Shown here in pieces: positions 62,086 to 64,000 of a DNA stretch of 64,000 nt (the first letter of the stretch is position 1; the number at the start of each line of letters is the position of its first letter). The stretch spans positions 558,001 through 622,000 of the forward strand of contig JAYWIR010000059.1 of the NCBI GenBank assembly GCA_036172245.1. The letters run 5' to 3'. The position numbers and the translations under genes are program-made. The stretch comes from Raillietiella orientalis. Lineage: Eukaryota. Under the pieces are notes generated by a model. The model had not been told where the DNA came from, did no database searches, and worked only from the letters and a program-made list of their open reading frames with translations.

Positions 62086-64000
62086 GCTTGACTTCGATCT
62101 GCCGCGTCCAACTTGCCACGTCGACCACTCAACCCGAGCCGACGAAGTCATTTGAGGTATTGCAAGCAGCCTGCATTGACACGAATAGCCTGCTTGACCA
62201 CGCCTCCCCATCGCGCGCCTCGCCCGCGAAATCGCGCGCTCACGCGTCCGCTTCCCGAAGACAAACGAACGGAACGGTCGCCAGCGAGAAAGCCGTCCAA
62301 GAAACTCGAAGAAACGCAGCGAGACGCGAAGAACCGCGCGAGCGGCGATCCCAGGGACGCTTCCGAGTGACCTCAAAGTGAGGCCACGTCCCCGCTTCTC
62401 GGCAGTCGCGGCACCAAACCGAGCTCAGACAGGGGCAGCTGCTTCCAGATGGTTGCTACGGAGCAGCCAGCACCCGCCACCAGAGAACAGGGCCCGCGGT
62501 TTGTCGATCGGCTCTCCAGAAACGCCGCCACCACCGACAGCAACGCCTGCAACCCTAGGAAATGGTCCGGGAATGGCTGCGGCATGGTCGGCGAGTCTGC
62601 GGAATTCTTCGCCGCGTCCACCTGGGAAAGCCCGACCGCGCAGTCGGAACGCGTCCAAAGCCACGAGATTTTCCTGGATGCACCCCGCTGCTGAATCCAT
62701 CCGCAGACTATGGAAACGCACTGCCGCTGGCCTCCGCTATCATCGCGTTCCACGGAGCAGTCGCGCGCTGCTTCAGTGGGCTCTCCTGGGCCTATCGAGG
62801 GATTGCTCCGTCGCAAAAGACTGCGTCCCTCCCAACGGCGGTAGCAGGGCAGAGAGGGGTCGGTGCCGAGCAGATGGTCGGCAACTCAATCCGTGCAAGA
62901 CACCTTGGACCACGTTCGGCGATGGTCGCGCGTTCCACAGACGCCTCGAGAAAGAGCAGTCACCTCTTCGATGCCGCGCACGGTCGCCTGCGAGCAACTT
63001 GCGGAGGATTCCCGGAGCTGCCTGGAAGTCCACCGGAACGGCGAAACGATATTCCCTGACCGAGAAGGCATCCAAGCTGCGCGCAACCGCTTCCAGCAAC
63101 ATCAGCTGCCAGCAGGAACTGCTCGACCTGCGGTTCCAACACGAACCGCGGCCATTCTGAGGCGGCTTCCCGGGAGAGTAATCGCCTACAGCGACACGCG
63201 CGCTCAATTCAAGGTCGGCGCCGTCGGCGCCTCTCCATCCCAGTGCGGCCCCCTACGGATCGCGGGGACCCCGCCCGGTGGTTGGCTGCGTCCTCTTCGG
63301 ACCTGCGAGAGGCCCGCGCGTTCTCGTCCAAATCTCTTCTCGCCCGTGCAAGGCGGACGCGAGGAAACGAGGCGCGTTCCCACGGCGGAAGTGGGCGAAA
63401 AGCGGAGCTCGAATTGCATCCGCCCCATCAGTGAGCATCCAATCTTTGTGGAGCCGTGTGCATCGGGAAGCGCAGTGGAGACGGGAGGAATCGATGGAGC
63501 CTCAAGGCGTGCGCACGGCGCGCGGCCAAAGGGCAAGCTGCGGAGGCGACCAGCTTTCCTGAGCGCTCTCAGGCAGCGAAACCGAATCGGGAGAGTCACC
63601 TGCCCACCCGGAATTTGGCAAGCGAAGCGCGCGCGCGAGGCAAGGGAGCATTCCGCTGCGTTCTTCTGGTAGTGGGAACGGTTGTCGCAGAAAACGACCG
63701 TTTTCTTACTCGAGCGCGAGAGAAGACCTTGGTCCGCGCATCGCGCAGGTCGATGCACGCTCCCTCCACGGTGGATCGAAAGCCCAGGGACCCGGGAGCG
63801 GTGCGTGGACATCCGCCGCTTTCGTCCCGTGAGGACGAGTGGATTCGTCGGGACGAGCGGCGGATGCTCGCGTGCCCGGCGTCCTCAGCGGGAGGAGGCG
63901 ACTGCACGGGCGAATCTGGCCCACGGGCAGCGGTGTGGCAGACGTCGAGACATCCGCGCAGCCGCTCCCCGACGAAGAAAGGATCGAATAGTTCGCGCGA
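62086..64000. repeat. Right arm of the inverted repeat (runs off the window end)
   Basis: Begins gcttgacttcgatctgccgcg at 62086, the reverse complement of cgcggcagatcgaagtcaagc ending at 3191. Identity continues to 64000, which mirrors 1276. Confidence 0.97.

Noticed and set aside
1..64000. CRISPR array, prokaryotic operon or defence system
   Set aside because: No regularly spaced repeat-spacer array and no dense prokaryotic gene organisation. The content is eukaryotic retroelement debris.

Overview
Eukaryotic, probably animal, genomic DNA, judged from BEL/Pao-like, NeSL/Utopia-like and RTE-like relics and an EPTP-repeat exon fragment. I could not recognise any intact host gene, rRNA or CRISPR array. 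The window is bracketed by a near-identical GC-rich inverted repeat: 1..3191 versus 62086..64000+, with coordinates summing to about 65276. Between the arms lies about 59 kb of transposon debris, mostly on the minus strand. The best-resolved part is an L1/Tx1-like LINE nest at 40915..53381. A 5570-bp full-length copy (B, minus) with a 14-bp target-site duplication sits inside the RT of copy A (plus). A abuts the endonuclease region of copy C (minus), which abuts a 3' fragment F (plus). The family shows a conserved TAATG ORF1-stop/ORF2-start overlap in three copies and a conserved 3' terminal stem-loop in four to five copies. Also present: three copies of a ~0.75-1 kb SINE-like repeat with a multiplied tRNA-like head, several RLE-type (NeSL/Utopia-like) LINE relics, Ty3/gypsy and BEL/Pao relics, orphan exon fragments, and several isolated perfect 14-21 bp hairpins. 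All family calls come from manual motif reading; no database search was run.
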